Shown here piece by piece: positions 63,705 through 64,000 of a DNA stretch of 64,000 nt. The position numbers and the translations under genes are program-made. The stretch spans positions 62,001 to 126,000 of the forward strand of contig JAVECL010000009.1 in the NCBI GenBank assembly GCA_051942245.1, written 5' to 3'. Origin of the DNA: Trypethelium eluteriae (Eukaryota). The notes beneath the pieces are model-generated. The model saw only the letters and a program-made list of their open reading frames with translations, was not told where the DNA came from and did no database searches. The first letter of the stretch is position 1; each line of letters starts with the position of its first letter.

Positions 63705-63732
63705 GCCCTGCCCTGCCCTGCCCTGCCCTGCC
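63705..63732. repeat. (GCCCT)5 pentanucleotide microsatellite upstream of SGF29
   Basis: gccctgccctgccctgccctgccctgcc seen directly. Confidence 0.9.
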
Positions 63733-64000
63733 GCGGCTGGTGTGGGGTTGGGGTTCCCCACGTCGCCAGTCTCTCTTGGATGCACGCACCGGTACGGATG
63801 GCAAACCAACGAGGCACCGAGGGGCGCGGCGACTGACAGCACAAATACCTGAATTCCAGTATATCACGATTCCCTACGACCAGGCCTCCGTGTTTGGAAA
63901 ATGCAGATTCCTTTGATACGGCTGCAATGCGGTTCGTCCGCGTGAGATTCATTCACTTTTACTACTTCACTGACCTCCTATAGGCTGCAACAGCTACGAC

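Overview
Gene-dense, intron-containing genomic DNA of a filamentous ascomycete (Pezizomycotina; finer taxonomy cannot be fixed from the sequence). About 22 recognisable protein genes are present: SLY1, a Btz/CASC3-domain protein, NBR1-type autophagy receptor, a leaderless aspartic protease, wetA, SDH5, an XRCC2-like Rad51 paralogue, SOM1, TAF8, OPY2, TOM70, a class IV PLP enzyme, ERV25, a BTB protein, an amidase, an AVT-type transporter, epoxide hydrolase, SRY1, MRF1, a gamma-glutamyltransferase, a GT8, a mitochondrial carrier, ARF6 and SGF29. There are also a few lineage-specific genes. The main discovery is in the apparently empty 2 kb upstream of ARF6. On the minus strand (~60390->58468) it looks like a telomerase RNA gene: a 9-nt template (CCCUAACCC, 1.5 TTAGGG repeats), a boundary helix ending at the template edge, a perfect 11-bp core-enclosing helix spanning 1.17 kb, nested long-range helices, strand-specific G-U pairs and a GUAAGU splice donor at the predicted 3' end. 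Other leads are an AbaA-site cluster plus a WetA-like site in the wetA promoter, an open +1 frame linking the MRF1 stop (UCC UAA) to SRY1, and several unusual introns. All gene models and helices were read by eye; no searches or folding programs were run.
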